A stretch of 64,000 nucleotides of DNA, from assembly GCA_001662655.1 (NCBI GenBank), contig KV460251.1. The stretch is one strand, 5' to 3'. Position numbers and translations under genes: made by a program. Source of the DNA: Pseudogymnoascus verrucosus (lineage: Eukaryota). Every line of letters begins with the position of its first letter. The first letter of the stretch is position 1. Of the stretch, positions 28,873 to 44,476 are shown in pieces. The notes under the pieces are model-generated. The model was not told the origin of the DNA and did not search any database. It saw only the letters and a program-made list of their open reading frames with translations.

Positions 28873-30733
28873 ACGTACATGTATAACGAGTCGGCCACCC
28901 AAGCGAGTCGGCCACTTTCCACCGACCACATATATAGTATATAAATCAATTCAACAACAACGCCTTAAATCAATTGAAACTACTCAGAATCCCCATCTTC
29001 GGACGTCTCCCAAACTACTTGACAAGTTCGCGAATTATGGCCAGTTTGGCTACAGTTGCCACAGCGCCGAGTACGTAGCTGAGCCCTCTCTATACGACTT
29101 CCCCCCCTACATATATTCTCCCCTATAGCGTCAACCACACCCTTTTCTATTCGTATCGCATCTGCTTCAGGTGCCGAAAGTGATCCTCCAAGCTGTAGGC
29201 GGCTTTTTTTAGCCTTCCGGCGTTTACTTAGTAGGTCATTTGCTATACAAAGCTCCCGGTTCTCAGCTTCAAGGAGGACTAGTCTATGTGCTAGCATTGA
29301 GATACCTTTAGCCTGTGCATCAACTACGTTATATAGGTGAGTTGGAGAGCTACTCTGATGCCTAGCAATCCTAGATTTCAAGGTAGTAGAGCTTTGTACA
29401 GCCTCAATTGCTGTAGTTGGCGTTTTTAGACACCAGGAGGTAGGAGTTCCTAGCTGAGAGTTTGACGGCGTAGGCGTTCTAGGCTTAAAATCCAGGCGAG
29501 AAACTACTGTTTCAGGGTCGTACGGAACAAGGCCAGTTGCTCGGAAGCCAGCTCGTACATTATCTTCTCCCATTGAAGCAAAAAAGGCCTGCTGGAAGGC
29601 AGGAAAGAAGTCGTCTTTCGTAATATGAGTTATATGCCTCCGCATCATCTGCTCAATTGCCTTGCTATACGAAGCTTTTAATGGGCTAAAACAGCCTACA
29701 TCAAGAGGCTGGAGGATATGCGAGGAATGAGGAGGCATACAAAGCGGTATAATATTATTCAGCTTGCAGAAATCGTCGAATTCAGTAGCCCGGTGGCTGT
29801 TGTGGCCGTCGAGGATTAGAAGCCTATATCCACCAGTTGTACGAGGCTTAGTACATCCCTCAAAGTGATTCAACCAATCTAGGCCTATCTCATTTGTAGT
29901 CCAGCCGTTTTCGCTCGGATGGATCCGCCAGGTAGATGGGAATTGGCCGTTGGTATACCAGGAGAGGAGGTGATATTTGCCCTTCACAATGATATATGGC
30001 GGCATCGCCCAGCCGTCTGCACATATACCCTGGATTACTGAAACCCATTCCCGATTGCCAGGCTGCTTCGTACGAGGTCTATTACGTCGATCAGAGGTTG
30101 TTACAACCTTAGCATGCGAGAGCATCCCCATTAAAAACCCAGTCTCATCAAAGTTATAGATATCCGAGTCGACAATACCGTATTTCGCAATTGTATTCCG
30201 TACAAGCGCAAACCAAGCTCGTATAATCTCAGGATCTTCAGCTAGGGCCCTCTGATAATCAATTCGACGTCGAAAATGCATCTTAAGGGCTGGTTAGCGT
30301 CGTACGAAGTTCCCTGCCCATCGTGAGCCGACACGCGTCACGTCGCGTACCCCAAGGAGGCGGTTAGCCATATCTTGTATGTCTTCGAGCCGGGGCGGAA
30401 ATCCTCGCTCAATGAGATCGATAATACGATTAAGAAGCACATTCTCTTCAAGATTAGTCAATTTCCTCCCATTTGCAGTCATATCGCGTCGTGATAGTTT
30501 TCCAGCGCGTCGGTCAGCTAAAGTTGTCCGGGGAACATTATAGATACTTGCTGCAGCTCGTTCGGTAAGCTTAGGGTCGTTTTTAAGAGCTTCAATCGCT
30601 AGGATTATACGGCTTTCGTTTGAAGTGGATTCCATTTTTATATGTAGAGGGAAATGGTTGCAAAGTTGAAGGTGGTAGAAACGGTGGAAAGTGGCCGACT
30701 CGCTTGGGTGGCCGACTCGTTATACATGTACGT
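28873..30733 (-). mobile_element. Fot1/pogo-type (Tc1-mariner superfamily) DNA transposon, full length, 1861 bp
   Basis: Perfect 52-bp TIRs (28873-28924 and 30682-30733; ACGTACATGTATAACGAGTCGGCCAC...), each with two internal CGAGTCGGCCAC direct repeats. TA target-site duplication at 28871-28872 and 30734-30735. Confidence 0.97.
28980..30635 (-). pseudogene. Fot1-like DDE transposase interrupted by one in-frame stop
   Basis: HTH_psq/CENP-B N-terminus (AASIYNVPRTTL), YNFDETGF, LLILDGHNSH, HILQPLDVGCF, C-terminal CCHC knuckle (CGNCSQTGHNSRTC). TAA at 30294-30296 lies between FVRR and PALKMHF in the same frame. Confidence 0.93.
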
Positions 30734-31779
30734 TATAACACTTCCTATCCTTGCTACGCTACCCTATATTTTTCTTACCTCGAAGCAGATTTATAACGAC
30801 CAGCGAGCATGTGGCGCTGCGCGGACATGAAAAGACGTGACTTGATTTTTAATACAGACTATTTTGTTGGGGGGGATGGCGAGGTCGATGGAGATGCCCC
30901 AGTGGCAGAGTGTTATTCCTCTTGAGGCGGCGAGCCATCTTACTGTTCTTACCTCAGCGTCACTGACAATTGTTGATCAATCCGTGATCTGCAAGCTAAG
31001 GTCACTGCTCAAGTCAAGTGCCCTATATCTAGGATTTGACACCTAAATTTTCAAGGTAAACTATTGGCACAATATTAAGAGGTGACGAAGGCGCAAGGCG
31101 TGACAATTTATCAGTCTGTAGATTCAACCGAGGGAAGTTCTGACACCGCCCCTTTCTGGGCCAGCGCGGCGACAGTATGCATCCGACTTGTCTAGACAAA
31201 AGCCAATGCCAAAGAATTTAGCAGTGGGTCAATCATCGAAAAGACGTAGGTAATTTACAAGGTTCAGGAAGCTATTGTATGCCCCTTGGGTTTTGGCTGT
31301 GTCGGACTCCATGACAATAGGGGTAATGGACTTCATATTAGATATTCCGCTTATTTATGTTTAGTCACAGTAGACATTCTCGCAGTTGCTTGTATTTGTT
31401 AGTCTAGGTCAAGTCACATTTGCATCTTCTGTGTTTGTCGTGTTGATGTGTTGTTGATATGTCGTTGAGATATGGTCTCGGCGGCGCCGCCCGCCAAGAC
31501 CGTTCTCCACATTAGCAACCATCAATCAACCCCGCCAAACCCCGCCATCACGCCTTACTCTAACTTCCACCTCCCACTCTCTCTGCCGACCCCTGCCTAC
31601 CTCCATCACCAGCTCTTAGTACAACATTGCACGAGCCGTCGACGACGATATATCCAACCTCCATCTTCACTCACCGCATACCACTTCCGTTCAAGCAAGC
31701 TTCAAACCAGCACAGTCCGACAGCGTTGTACCTCGGCAATCAAGCTCCTAGCCTCAAAGACGGAACGTCATCATCCACA

Positions 31780-32334
31780 ATGGCCGCCAAAACCGGAGAA
31801 GCTGCCGCGCGTGCGTTCTTCTCAACGCCCACCTTCGCTGTTGTGGGCGCTTCCAATGACCCATCCAAGTATGGAAACAAGAGTGAGTCCACGGCCTTGC
31901 CCTCTGTCCACCACCCAGCTACGGCTCGGCCAAAGCCCTTGGAGTCCACCCCATACTAACACCTCCGACCAGTTTTCGCATGGTACCTCTCGGAGTCCCT
32001 GCCTGTGACGCCTATCAACCCCACCGCCGCGACAATCACTGCGCTGTCGGCCGACCACCCCGCCGTCAAGTCTCTGTCCGCGCTGCCCTCCCCCAAGACC
32101 ACAGCAGTTTCGATCATCACGCCCCCGAAGATCACACAGAAGGTCTTGGAAGAGGCCAAGGGCCTCGGTGTGCCGGCGGTCTGGTTGCAGCCTGGAACTT
32201 TCGATGGTGACGTTATGGCGTATGCAAAGGAGAACTTCGGTGTTGCGGTTGGAGGAGAGGGAGGTGGCGGTAGTGAGGGGTGGTGTGTGCTTGTCGACGG
32301 CGAGGCGGCATTGGTGGGGAGGGGAAAGCTGTAG
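31780..32334 (+). CDS. CoA-binding domain (YccU-like Rossmann) protein, possible PTS1 (-GKL)
   Basis: FAVVGASNDPSKYGNK, VTPINP, SIITPPKIT..VLEEA..LGV.AVWLQPG, CVLVDG; intron ~31883-31971. Confidence 0.88.
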
Positions 32335-32937
32335 GGCAATTACAAAATGGACGGGGATGGTTGATACAATAATATAGTGAAACATAATATCTATTATCAA
32401 AATGGTACATCGCGGAGTCTGGCTCTGTAATATGTCAAGTCGTGAGGAGGGAAAGGGAAGAGTGAGTATGAAACGAATGAAGAGATACAGATGCTGTACG
32501 AACGTAGTGAAATAACAGTCTCTCTTCTCAAGGTGATGCGCTAGGAACTGTACTCCAAAAATCTATCCCTAATCACTGACGAGTGTGAATCAAATTTACA
32601 GCAACTCAAGATAGCACGTGTGTACACAGTCACTCTCATACAAGTCTGTATTCGCAGTAGCTGTAGCTTATATATAGCTATCTCTAGAACTCGCGTCTTC
32701 ACATTAAGAAGCCACATCCTTGATTGGGCGGGGTTGCTTTGAGAGGCGGTCCAGAGTGATATTCAGGATATCCGATGGCTCGCGTGTTGGGCGCACGGTT
32801 CATGGATCGCCAAAGAGCACCTTCAATTGACAGCTTCCGTGGAGCACTTCTCTATCCACACACGACAGTGTATAATATCCGGTGCAAAGCTGGATTGTGT
32901 CACTTGAGAATAACTAGGCGCCATCTCGATTGATATA

Positions 32938-34443
32938 ATGTCGTCAAGTTCCAATACTCCGCAACCGCCACTAGGCAGCAAGCCTGCAGGACGCTCATCT
33001 CAGCGATTCTCGCGCCGTTCCGCCTGCGCCCGTTGTCGAGCATTCAAGCTGCGGTGTGAAAGAGATTTGGGGGCCGTGTCACAGCCTTGCAAGAGATGCG
33101 CCAGGGCCATGGCTCAGTGCGTGCTGGTAGGTAAACCGCGGCCAGTTTTGGGTCCTAGTGTTGAAAATCAGCGCCTGCCGCTGACCATTGCGGCGGCCCA
33201 AAGACGTAGCTCAAATGGCAGCCAGTATCAGATGCCTTGTCGCATCCTTCCTGCGGCGGTTGAAGAGTTGCCTGCCGCACAGCTTTACGACCGATACGAT
33301 GATGGTAGCGGAAACCAGCCAGAAGTTTCGCGAGGCTCGGAGCATGCCTCTCACAGCCAAGGCTTCCTGCAGAATACAAATATCCAGGCGCAGCCACTGG
33401 AATCCAGCGTCATTGGCCCAGTTGATGATGCTAATGAATGCGGTCGCCTGCACGATGCTACCCCTGATCCATTCGATTTTGATTTTACGTTTGGTGCTGC
33501 TGGACATCGTCCAGACGAGGATTTTGTCAACTTCGACATTGAATTACCAACATCCTACACACGGACAGAGGCTCCTCAGAATGATATAAATTCTATTGAT
33601 ACTGAATCGCAATCTCTAAAAAAAGACCATCGAAAAAGCTGTCTGCAAAACTTAGCCGACCTCCACGCAAGCTTACTCCGAGACCTTGACGAAGTTAAGC
33701 TCTCCAAACCAGCAAATGAGTGTGATTGTTCCCGTTCTTCCGCCGAGAGGACCAGTGAGAATGGAGTGGCGCCGGATCACCCCGTTGGCAAAGTGCTCAG
33801 GAGCTCGGAGAAATACCTTGGGATTTTAGAATATTTTTCTCTTCCCTCGTTGCCACAACCATCGCTTCAGCAGAGAAGTTGCTCTTCTGAGGCCATTTCG
33901 GCCCATGAAGATCTTGATTTGGCCCTTGGCTGTGAGAATGATGGAGGCACGCCATTCGATTCCGATCGCTTCACCTCACTTGCCTCGGGTCTGGAACCAG
34001 ACCTGTCCACCAGTTCCCTCCCCGCCCACTGCGATGTCCCGACAACTTTCTCCCTCCTGACGTGCTATATAAGCCTAGTCCGCATATTCCGCACAATCTT
34101 TAGTTGCATCTACATCTCACTACTCCCTCTGCCTCCTCCCACCTGGAACGCGCTTCCACCAATCTTCCCTGGGTTGCAACTTGCTGGGTTTGCTATGGAG
34201 AGGCAGATTGGAATGCAGATCCGGATTCTGCTGCAGGTCAGCGAGGATATGTTAGGGAAGATAGAGGGGAAGCTCGGCGTGGGTGCGGGCAGTGCCGGGG
34301 AGGGAGGATTGCTAGGCAAGGTGATGGGCAATGAGGTGCTAAGGATGATGTTGCAGGAAGAAGAGGAAGAGAGGCCAGAAGGAGGGTGTGGGAGCGTTGA
34401 CTCGCTGAGAGGTGTGATGGCAAGTTTGAAAGGCTTGTGTTGA
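32938..34443 (+). CDS. Zn(II)2Cys6 transcription factor
   Basis: ACARCRAFKLRCER......PCKRCARAMAQC binuclear cluster. Intronless 501-aa ORF with a helical C-terminal region (LLTCYISLVRIF). Confidence 0.9.
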   Translation: MSSSSNTPQPPLGSKPAGRSSQRFSRRSACARCRAFKLRCERDLGAVSQPCKRCARAMAQCVLVGKPRPVLGPSVENQRLPLTIAAAQRRSSNGSQYQMPCRILPAAVEELPAAQLYDRYDDGSGNQPEVSRGSEHASHSQGFLQNTNIQAQPLESSVIGPVDDANECGRLHDATPDPFDFDFTFGAAGHRPDEDFVNFDIELPTSYTRTEAPQNDINSIDTESQSLKKDHRKSCLQNLADLHASLLRDLDEVKLSKPANECDCSRSSAERTSENGVAPDHPVGKVLRSSEKYLGILEYFSLPSLPQPSLQQRSCSSEAISAHEDLDLALGCENDGGTPFDSDRFTSLASGLEPDLSTSSLPAHCDVPTTFSLLTCYISLVRIFRTIFSCIYISLLPLPPPTWNALPPIFPGLQLAGFAMERQIGMQIRILLQVSEDMLGKIEGKLGVGAGSAGEGGLLGKVMGNEVLRMMLQEEEEERPEGGCGSVDSLRGVMASLKGLC

Positions 34444-35057
34444 AGGGAGATGGCATGGACACGAATTTTCGACAGAGGAGGCCGTTTGTTGAAGTTGGTT
34501 GTGGATTACGACGTCACGCGAGGATCAAGTCCCATATACGCCATGAGTCTACAAATTTTCTGATGGCGCTGTGTGGCCGTATTTCAGGTAGTTCACAGCA
34601 AATTCGGCTTTCAGCTGAAGGGCCACGTAGTGGCTCGTAGTCATAGGCTGGAACATGCGCGAGCGGCGAAGTCCTGTCGCATGCGTACACAACATTTGGA
34701 TCTGGCTTCAGCCACCATTCGGCTGGAGCTTCGAACAATTGTGCCGAGGATGTGCCATGCATGGTTTGAAGACGGTTTTAGGGGGAGCAGGAGTCAGATA
34801 TCAAATTCGTCGCGCGGATGGAGGCCGAGATTTCTTAAGTAGAGGCATCAGTAAGGGCTAAAATGGGTGTGGGCATGGACAAGGAAACAGGAAGGGACAC
34901 AGGCGTTGGCTAGGGCCATCATGCGCCCGCAAGGTAAACTCCGTTGCCACTCAACTGTAAAATGGAAACAGAAGCTAATTAGTGGAACAGCAATCATCCC
35001 TCAGAACTACTATACCTATTATTTTCCTGCCTCCGGAACTGATCTTGCGCAGCCTCC

Positions 35058-35825
35058 TCATGGCAGCTCGTCTCTCCCCTCCTTGATCTGGAGGAACACC
35101 TCAAAAAATTCCTCCATGTCCTTCGCGCCCTCGATCGTCTTACCCCCTAGATAAAACCGCGGCACACCTCTGCCTCGTCTGGCCTTATTCTCTTGCTCCT
35201 CTTTCTTCACTTCCTCCAGCGCCTTTCCATCCTCCAAGCCCTTCTCAACGGCACCTCTATCCATCCCCGCTGCAACTCCGATCTCCACCAAACTGGGTGC
35301 GTTGAAAATATCCTTCGCCTCCACAAAGTAGGCATGGAATAGCTCCTCGGCCACCTTGTTCTGCTGCTCAAGGCTGATGGTACCAGCGAGGTGCAGTAGC
35401 ACGTGGCAAAGCGCCGTGCCGCCCACTACGCCGTCATCTGCCAGGAGGATCCCTTCCCCGGCGGCGATGCCCTTCAGTCGCGCCGCTATGGCGGGGGCAC
35501 GCTCGGGTCCAATGCGGACAAGCATGCGTTCTGGGTAGTTGGTTAGTGATAGGCCTTTGTCGGGATGAGGAAGCATGACTTACCCCATCGGGAGACCGGA
35601 GTAGCGGGGGGGTTCTCGTCGAGAAAGTAGGGCTTCCACGTGATATTGAAGGTATCCTTGGATCCGTCGGGGTAGGTTTTGCGGTACATGGCTATTGCTT
35701 TTTGCAGACGACGGTAGCCTATGTAGCACTATTGTTTGTCAGGTATGAAAGGATGGGCGGATGAGGGAGACACGAACCCAGGGGCAGACCACGTCCGATA
35801 CGATCTCGATATCGAAGGTCGTCAT
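35058..35825 (-). CDS. DsbA/FrnE-like thioredoxin-fold protein
   Basis: MTTFDIEIVSDVVCPW|CYIGYRRLQKAI (CPWC split by an intron), ITWKPYFL, ELFHAYFVEAKDI, GVPRFYL. Confidence 0.88.
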
Positions 35826-37261
35826 TTTAGAAGTTTGTTTGTAGGTAAATAGGGTAGGTAGAAAGCGTCTAAGACGTCCTCGTTTTGGCGTGGGAAGGGG
35901 GGAATATGAAGTTGAGGAATCCAGTTCTGCTTTGTTTGCCAGAATGTGAGATAATGAACGGGGTCGTCAACGTAGGCACTGTTTAACACCAGCGATGCGA
36001 CAAAACTATAGGTTAATATCGAAGAGGTATATTGGATAGTAGACTCGGCAATAATAAATTATCAAATACAAATATATATACATATTTCGTGTAAAGCTTG
36101 AGGCAACAGAATAGTCCTCCGAACCTTCCGATTACAAAGCGCTGTTGCCATACTCAAACCCACCCAATTAGAGCTCGCGATAATTCATTCGGTCCAGCAC
36201 AGCCAATAGGAGCGCACACGTCACGCCGAAGCTTAATTCGTTCTCCGACGCCGAATTCCGAGTTAGCGCACAGCAAGTGATGAGCGACACCCGCTTTGCT
36301 TATATTTCGATCCCAAAGCTACGCAAGCAAACAATGTATAACATCAGCAGCTATAGCAATAACTATTTGACGCCGTTTCCGATACCAGATGACACGGTGC
36401 TTTCTACTCCGCACCTTCTCTGGGGAAGTCCAAATGTGTTCACTGTTGAACCTCAGCATCTTCGTTTCAGGCCAAGTTCGAGACGGATCTGTGTCTGCTA
36501 TGCATGGTATTTGTACGACAGGGACAGTATTCTTAGAATTGGTTTCGATTGCGCTAAAGACCTCTGACACTTGCTTGTTGTACACACCCAACAACGAGTT
36601 GGCCAGCAACCAACTTCTCACCCCAGTTCTATTCATCACTTCACCTCACTTCTACCTTGTAAAACACTTCTGTTCCATACTGACATGGATTACAGACATG
36701 GTTGGGATAAAAGGGACAGGACAACAGCTCCTATTTCGGATCACTCCCAGTTTCGGTGGTCAGGCTGAAAGGTACGCTTTGACAGTTCGGTTGCAACCGA
36801 ACTGTCAAAGCGTACCACAAGGCTATTGGCTAATTCCTATTGAGCCGGGCGGGTGATATCAAAATATACATTACCCGTCGCCCGACCTGGCTATACGACT
36901 ATGGAGAAATGTTGGTTTTCATTTTGAGACATTGCAAGCAACGTCGGTACGTGCCTCCGCTTTGACGTCCAGGATATCTATGATCATAGCGGATTGGCAT
37001 TCATTATTTCCCAATGCATCGCTTGTGACGGCGGGTGGCTAACAGGGAATCCAGTCCGAGCGCACAGGGCGTGAAAACGAGCTCTGACCAGAGTTTCGTG
37101 ATCTATAAGATGAACCGCTTGGCTCGCTCCCGTTCAGGGAGCAGCCTTGAGCTGGTATCACCTTTGGAACATATGAGTTATCTAGTCATAGCTTCCACCA
37201 TCATATCAGTTCCAGGCGATTGAAACTTATTGCTTCTTGCTGTTCCTGTGAGGGCAATAGC

Positions 37262-38717
37262 ATGGACTTCTCACCTGAACAACTGGCAGCCCTTGATGCA
37301 GAATCGAAAGGTCCCACAACTCTTGTTGTGGTGATACTTTTCACTATTTTGTCGTTTTTCTTCGTTTGCATGAGATATGTCTCTCGATTTGCGATTATTA
37401 AGAGGGGGAGTGCGGAGGATTATACAATCGGTGTTGCAATGGTGAGAGGCTTGTGTGTCGAGTCTGAGCTTTGTGCTGACTCTATTCAAGATACTTTCAA
37501 TTGGAATGGCAGCCTGCATGATTGAACGTGAGACTCTATCGATGAATTTTCAAAGGGCATACGCTGATTTTACAGAGGTCAAATATGGCAATGGCCGTCA
37601 TGCTGCGCTTCTGGAGCTCGACAACTTTATAGGCATTCTGAAGGTTATTCTTGTCCGACACCCCTTTGCTGTTCATCCGCATCTAACCATCATTATAGTA
37701 TCTTTACTTCAGCATATTGGCCTACTGCATGGCCATCACCCTTACGAAAATTAGCATTCTTCTCCAGCTGCAGCGCATTTTCGGTGTCAACAAGCTCATG
37801 CATTTTGCAACACTTATAATGATGGCTGTGGTCGTGTCATACGGGATTGAATCGGTTACAATCGGGATATTTACTTGCACGCCAGTGCGTGCATACTGGG
37901 ATTTGAAGATTCAAGCTACGTCGCGTTGCCTACCACAAGACAAGTGAGCAGCATTCCCACTACCCTTAAGCAGCAAGCTGACATCCACAGGGTCTACTAT
38001 GCTAATGGTGGCCTCAACATTGCGATAGACCTCACTATTGCAACATTACCCATTTACTCGGTCTGGAAGCTACAGATCGACATTCGACAGAAGATCGCGC
38101 TCATGGCCGTCCTTGCCCTTGGTTGGTTGTAAGTTTGCCTGTCTCACAATATGCACGCCATATCCGTTTCACAGCTAATCAATTACAGCGTCTGCTTTGT
38201 GTCGATACTCCGTCTCCAGGCGCTCGTTGTATTATACCAGCACCCTGAGGATACAACTTGGTACTCGCCCGAAACCGCATACTGGTCATGTATCGAGGTA
38301 AACGTGGGAATTATCTGCGCCTGTGCTCCAGCGATTCGGCCCGTCCTTGTGCGCATCGTCCCACGTATCTTTGGCACACCCGACTACGGGAGCGGAGGGC
38401 GCACCTCGAAAACACACCCGCCATTCATCGAGCTCGGAGATAACAAATCTGCACCTTCCACTACAATCAGGTCAAATGGGGCCCGATCTGGCCGATCTGG
38501 CTCAAGGAATGAAGTTCAAGAGAGTGGCGCGTGGAGGGGGTTTGGTCGATTGGAGAAACCCCCTCCAGTTGCCCCAGCCAACACCACTACGCGCATAAAT
38601 ATTAGCCGTGATGTTGAGCAGACTTTTTGGCGTGGGGATGAGGATTCAGATGGATATAACAACGGCTTCAAGGGGAGCGGCGGAAGAGCTGAAAGTACAA
38701 GAGAATTAGTACGATAG
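37262..38717 (+). CDS. Pth11-like / fungal rhodopsin-domain integral membrane protein
   Basis: RYVSRFAII..EDYTI, YGNGRH, LTKISILLQLQRIF, IFTCTPVRAYWD, NIAIDL.I..LPI..VWKLQ, SILRL, WSCIEVNVGIICACAPAIRP. Several short introns. Confidence 0.92.
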
Positions 38718-39384
38718 GACATCTATAGCACCACGATATAATGAAGCATAATGATCAAAAGCCAGGGGTGCCATCACATGATTACTCAATTTATGGCGAC
38801 CTACAAAATGCTAACGCATAATTATGAAGACATCAAGGATTCCATTATCACATGTTTACTAGAATTATGATGCCTTACAAATTGCTACGTCGCATTATTG
38901 AATATACATATCAGACATCCAAGCGTCTTCCAACACTTCGATATTGCAGGCTAATCATCCGGGCCGTACATGGTCTAGCCAGGATGATAATATCCGGACC
39001 GAAGGGATGCCAATCCAACGTTGAGAATAACCGATTCGCCAGCGACAGGGGAAGTGCCATAAACACTGTACCTGCTTCCACGCGCGCGTGTATATCTTTG
39101 TCATAAAGACCTTGATCGCTCGGTTCTAACTATACCCGATGCTACGTGCAGTATTATGCTAATTATACACTCTATCTATAGCATTATCCGCTATTGACAC
39201 GAACTGGACTCCGCAAAATGAAGTCTTTAAAAGCTTCGACCGCCGCAGATCTAAACCCCGCAAATTTTGGGTAAACATTGTGTTGTGGTTTGGCCATCGG
39301 ATTGAAGCCCGTCGTTCCATAATAGAAGGTCTTTCATCATTCACTTTGGAAGCCTCTTTGGAAGCCACGTGGCAAGGAATAACC

Positions 39385-41829
<2,445 letters not shown>

Positions 41830-42027
41830 TTATAATGCATAAAGACTAGATTATAAAATATCTATAACTCGCGTTTACACGAACTATAACTAAAATATCT
41901 CCCGATAATCACATACGACTATAACTCACGCCTACAGAAACTTTAAATAAGATCTATTTGTTCAATCGCCGTCATTGAAATTGGCATTCATAGTAACTAT
42001 GACCTAATTAAGCGCCTTCAACGCCAT

Positions 42028-42838
42028 TCATGCTTTACCAAGTATCCTCCCATCTCCAATAACCAGTCCATCCAACATTGCATCATGCTCTCCCAGCGGT
42101 ACCTCCGCATCCCCACTCTCCAGCACTTGCTCCTTGAGGGCCAATGCAACCAACAGCGGCTCCTCGCCCGCCACCTCCTTCGTCTTCGCCTTGTATCTCC
42201 TAACAAAAAAATCGTAAAATCCCATCCCATGCCCCAACCTCCTAATCATCCCGTCCTCATCACCACCAGTAATCGGCTGAAACGCCACTCCAGGAAGAAG
42301 CATCAAATCCAACTGCGCCTCTCTCTCTCCTCCCAAAACCCTCTCCCTCTTCTCCACCCCCTCGTCAGCCACCGTCGGGATCCCCCAGCTATCATTCTCT
42401 AGCCCCTCAAAGTCCTCCAATCCATGAAGTCGCACCATATCCATACACCGCTTCGGTAGGTATCCATCTTGCCCACGGTCCCGCTCCGTGGCCAGGTGAA
42501 GGTACGGCACAAACACTTTCTTCCCCTTCACAAGCGCGTCACGCACAATGGCTGCCGTGGAGAGCTCCGCGCTTGGCATAGAGAGATAGACGCTGATGCT
42601 CTTTGCGGCTTGATATTTGGGCCAGGAGATGACGGCATTGGAGACAATTGTGCCTATGGAGCGTTAGCCTCTGAGCAGGTGGTAGGGGAGCGGCAGATTA
42701 ACTTTGTTCTTCTATGCTTGATGGTTGTAGAGTAGAGAGACGAGCTTTTATCACCTTTCGGAGCGCCGATTTTGCGGTCTTGAGGGAGGGGGAGGGTTGC
42801 ATTGCGGATGAGGAGGTTAACGTTGAGGGTAGGGTCAT
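42028..42838 (-). CDS. FAU1: 5-formyltetrahydrofolate cyclo-ligase
   Basis: AKSALRK, ISVYLSMP..ELST, GKKVFVP, WGIP, LDLMLLPGVAF, RLGHGMGFYD, EHDAMLDGLV. Alternative start at 42802; one intron. Confidence 0.92.
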
Positions 42839-43325
42839 GCTTTGATGAGGTTCGTTGTAGGGTGCGGATAACCGCAAACAGATTTTAAGAGTCTCTGCTA
42901 TATCCTCGAGATTAAATGTCAAAATATGCTAGTTTCCAACGTTGGTTGGAATGATGGAGTGTAATTTTTAGATAGATGAGAACAGAAGCACGTGACGGGA
43001 GGGGAACTCCGCGGGATTCCAGCGGACGCTTTTCAGGTAACCAATATTACTATGAGTAGTAATTGGACTTAAAATTCCTCTAATAAAACAGTCCCAATAC
43101 TAAAAACTTGTAGAGTAGCTTAGCCACCAAAATATAACGACGACGTGGCCCGCCTATCAAAGCCCATACAAAACCAATCCACGTAAATGCGGCTCAAAGT
43201 TGCTGCGATGCCGACGGCGCTAAAAAGTGCCTCGCCAAGCCTCCTCCCCGAAGCTCGCCAACATCGCACCTCTCACGACCTCACCACCCTCCACCAAGCC
43301 ATTGACTCGCGTAACCACATTCACG

Positions 43326-44153
43326 ATGCGCGCGACGATCCGTCTTTTCGCCTCCGTGAAGCCCTCGAGGTATCTCGAGGCCGGCGCACCAACCGGGCTC
43401 ACGGGCCTCTTCACCCACCCTGCGCCGCGCTCCGCACTCATCTACCTGTACTCGTCGACGCTCGAGAAGCTCAAGAAATTCCCCGAGGATTCGGTCTACC
43501 GCAAGTCAACAGAGGCGCTGACCAAGCAGCGCCTGCAGATCGTCGAGTCCGTCGTGCCGGAGGGATTCGCCGCGTGGCAGGAGAAGCTCCAGAAGCTCGT
43601 CAAGGAGAACCCGGATGTTTTCACGACGCCAAAGGGAGCCGCTGCGTATATGGGCGGGATGCACGTCAAGGAGACTATGGGAGGAAATGAGTTCGTGACC
43701 AGCACAGTCGGAAAGGTTTACGATGAGCAGAACGATGAGTGGGATGGAGAGCAGGTCTACGATGGCGAGTTAGAAGGCACACGGACGGAGGCGGAGAGAA
43801 AGTCACAGGCAGATTTGGCTGAGGAGAGGCCACAGGAGGAGACGAAGCGTGTGGAGTTGGACGATGAGCCAAGCTTGACTGCTGAACAGTAGGTGATATT
43901 CGCTCGTTCATATTGAACTATATCTAATTAGACGCAGGATTGGAGAGATTGAGGACAAAATCGGAGCTGGCCTGATCGAGGAGGTTATCGAAGTTGCACA
44001 GGGAGAGCTGGAGCTCGTTGATACGATGGAGAAGAGCCAGGTGTATGTACCATCCGCCCATACTGCCCTAGAACGTTACTAATCAGCCACAGATGGGAAG
44101 ATCTCGTGGAGAAGCCAGTTGAGGGCCAATGGGTGTACTTCGAACGCAAGTGA
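43326..44153 (+). CDS. NDUFA5: NADH:ubiquinone oxidoreductase 29.9 kDa subunit (NDUFA5/B13 family)
   Basis: PTGLTGL.THP.PR..L..LY..TLEKLKKFPEDSVYRKSTEALTKQRL, IEDKIGAGLIEEVIEVAQGEL, WEDLVEKP.EGQW.YF. Two introns. Confidence 0.93.
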
Positions 44154-44476
44154 TTTATACGATCTAAAAGATCAAAGCTGCTGTGATGCAGCGGCAATGT
44201 ACATTGCAAGACTGCGATATTGTACTGTACATATAGACTAGAGAATCAACGAGTCAAACTGCACATTACGTATTTGATGCATCAGTTATTTGTGAGAAAC
44301 CATAATAATTACACCTCATACACCTGGCAATGCATGAGCCACAGGCGTGGAATATCCTTGTCCAGGCCTGCTAGCCAAGAAACACCCAAAAAAAGGCACT
44401 TTGAATAGTTGAAACGCCAATAGCCCCCCAATGATTTACAGTCATCGTTCCCGATCATACAACTCTTGTCGCCTTC

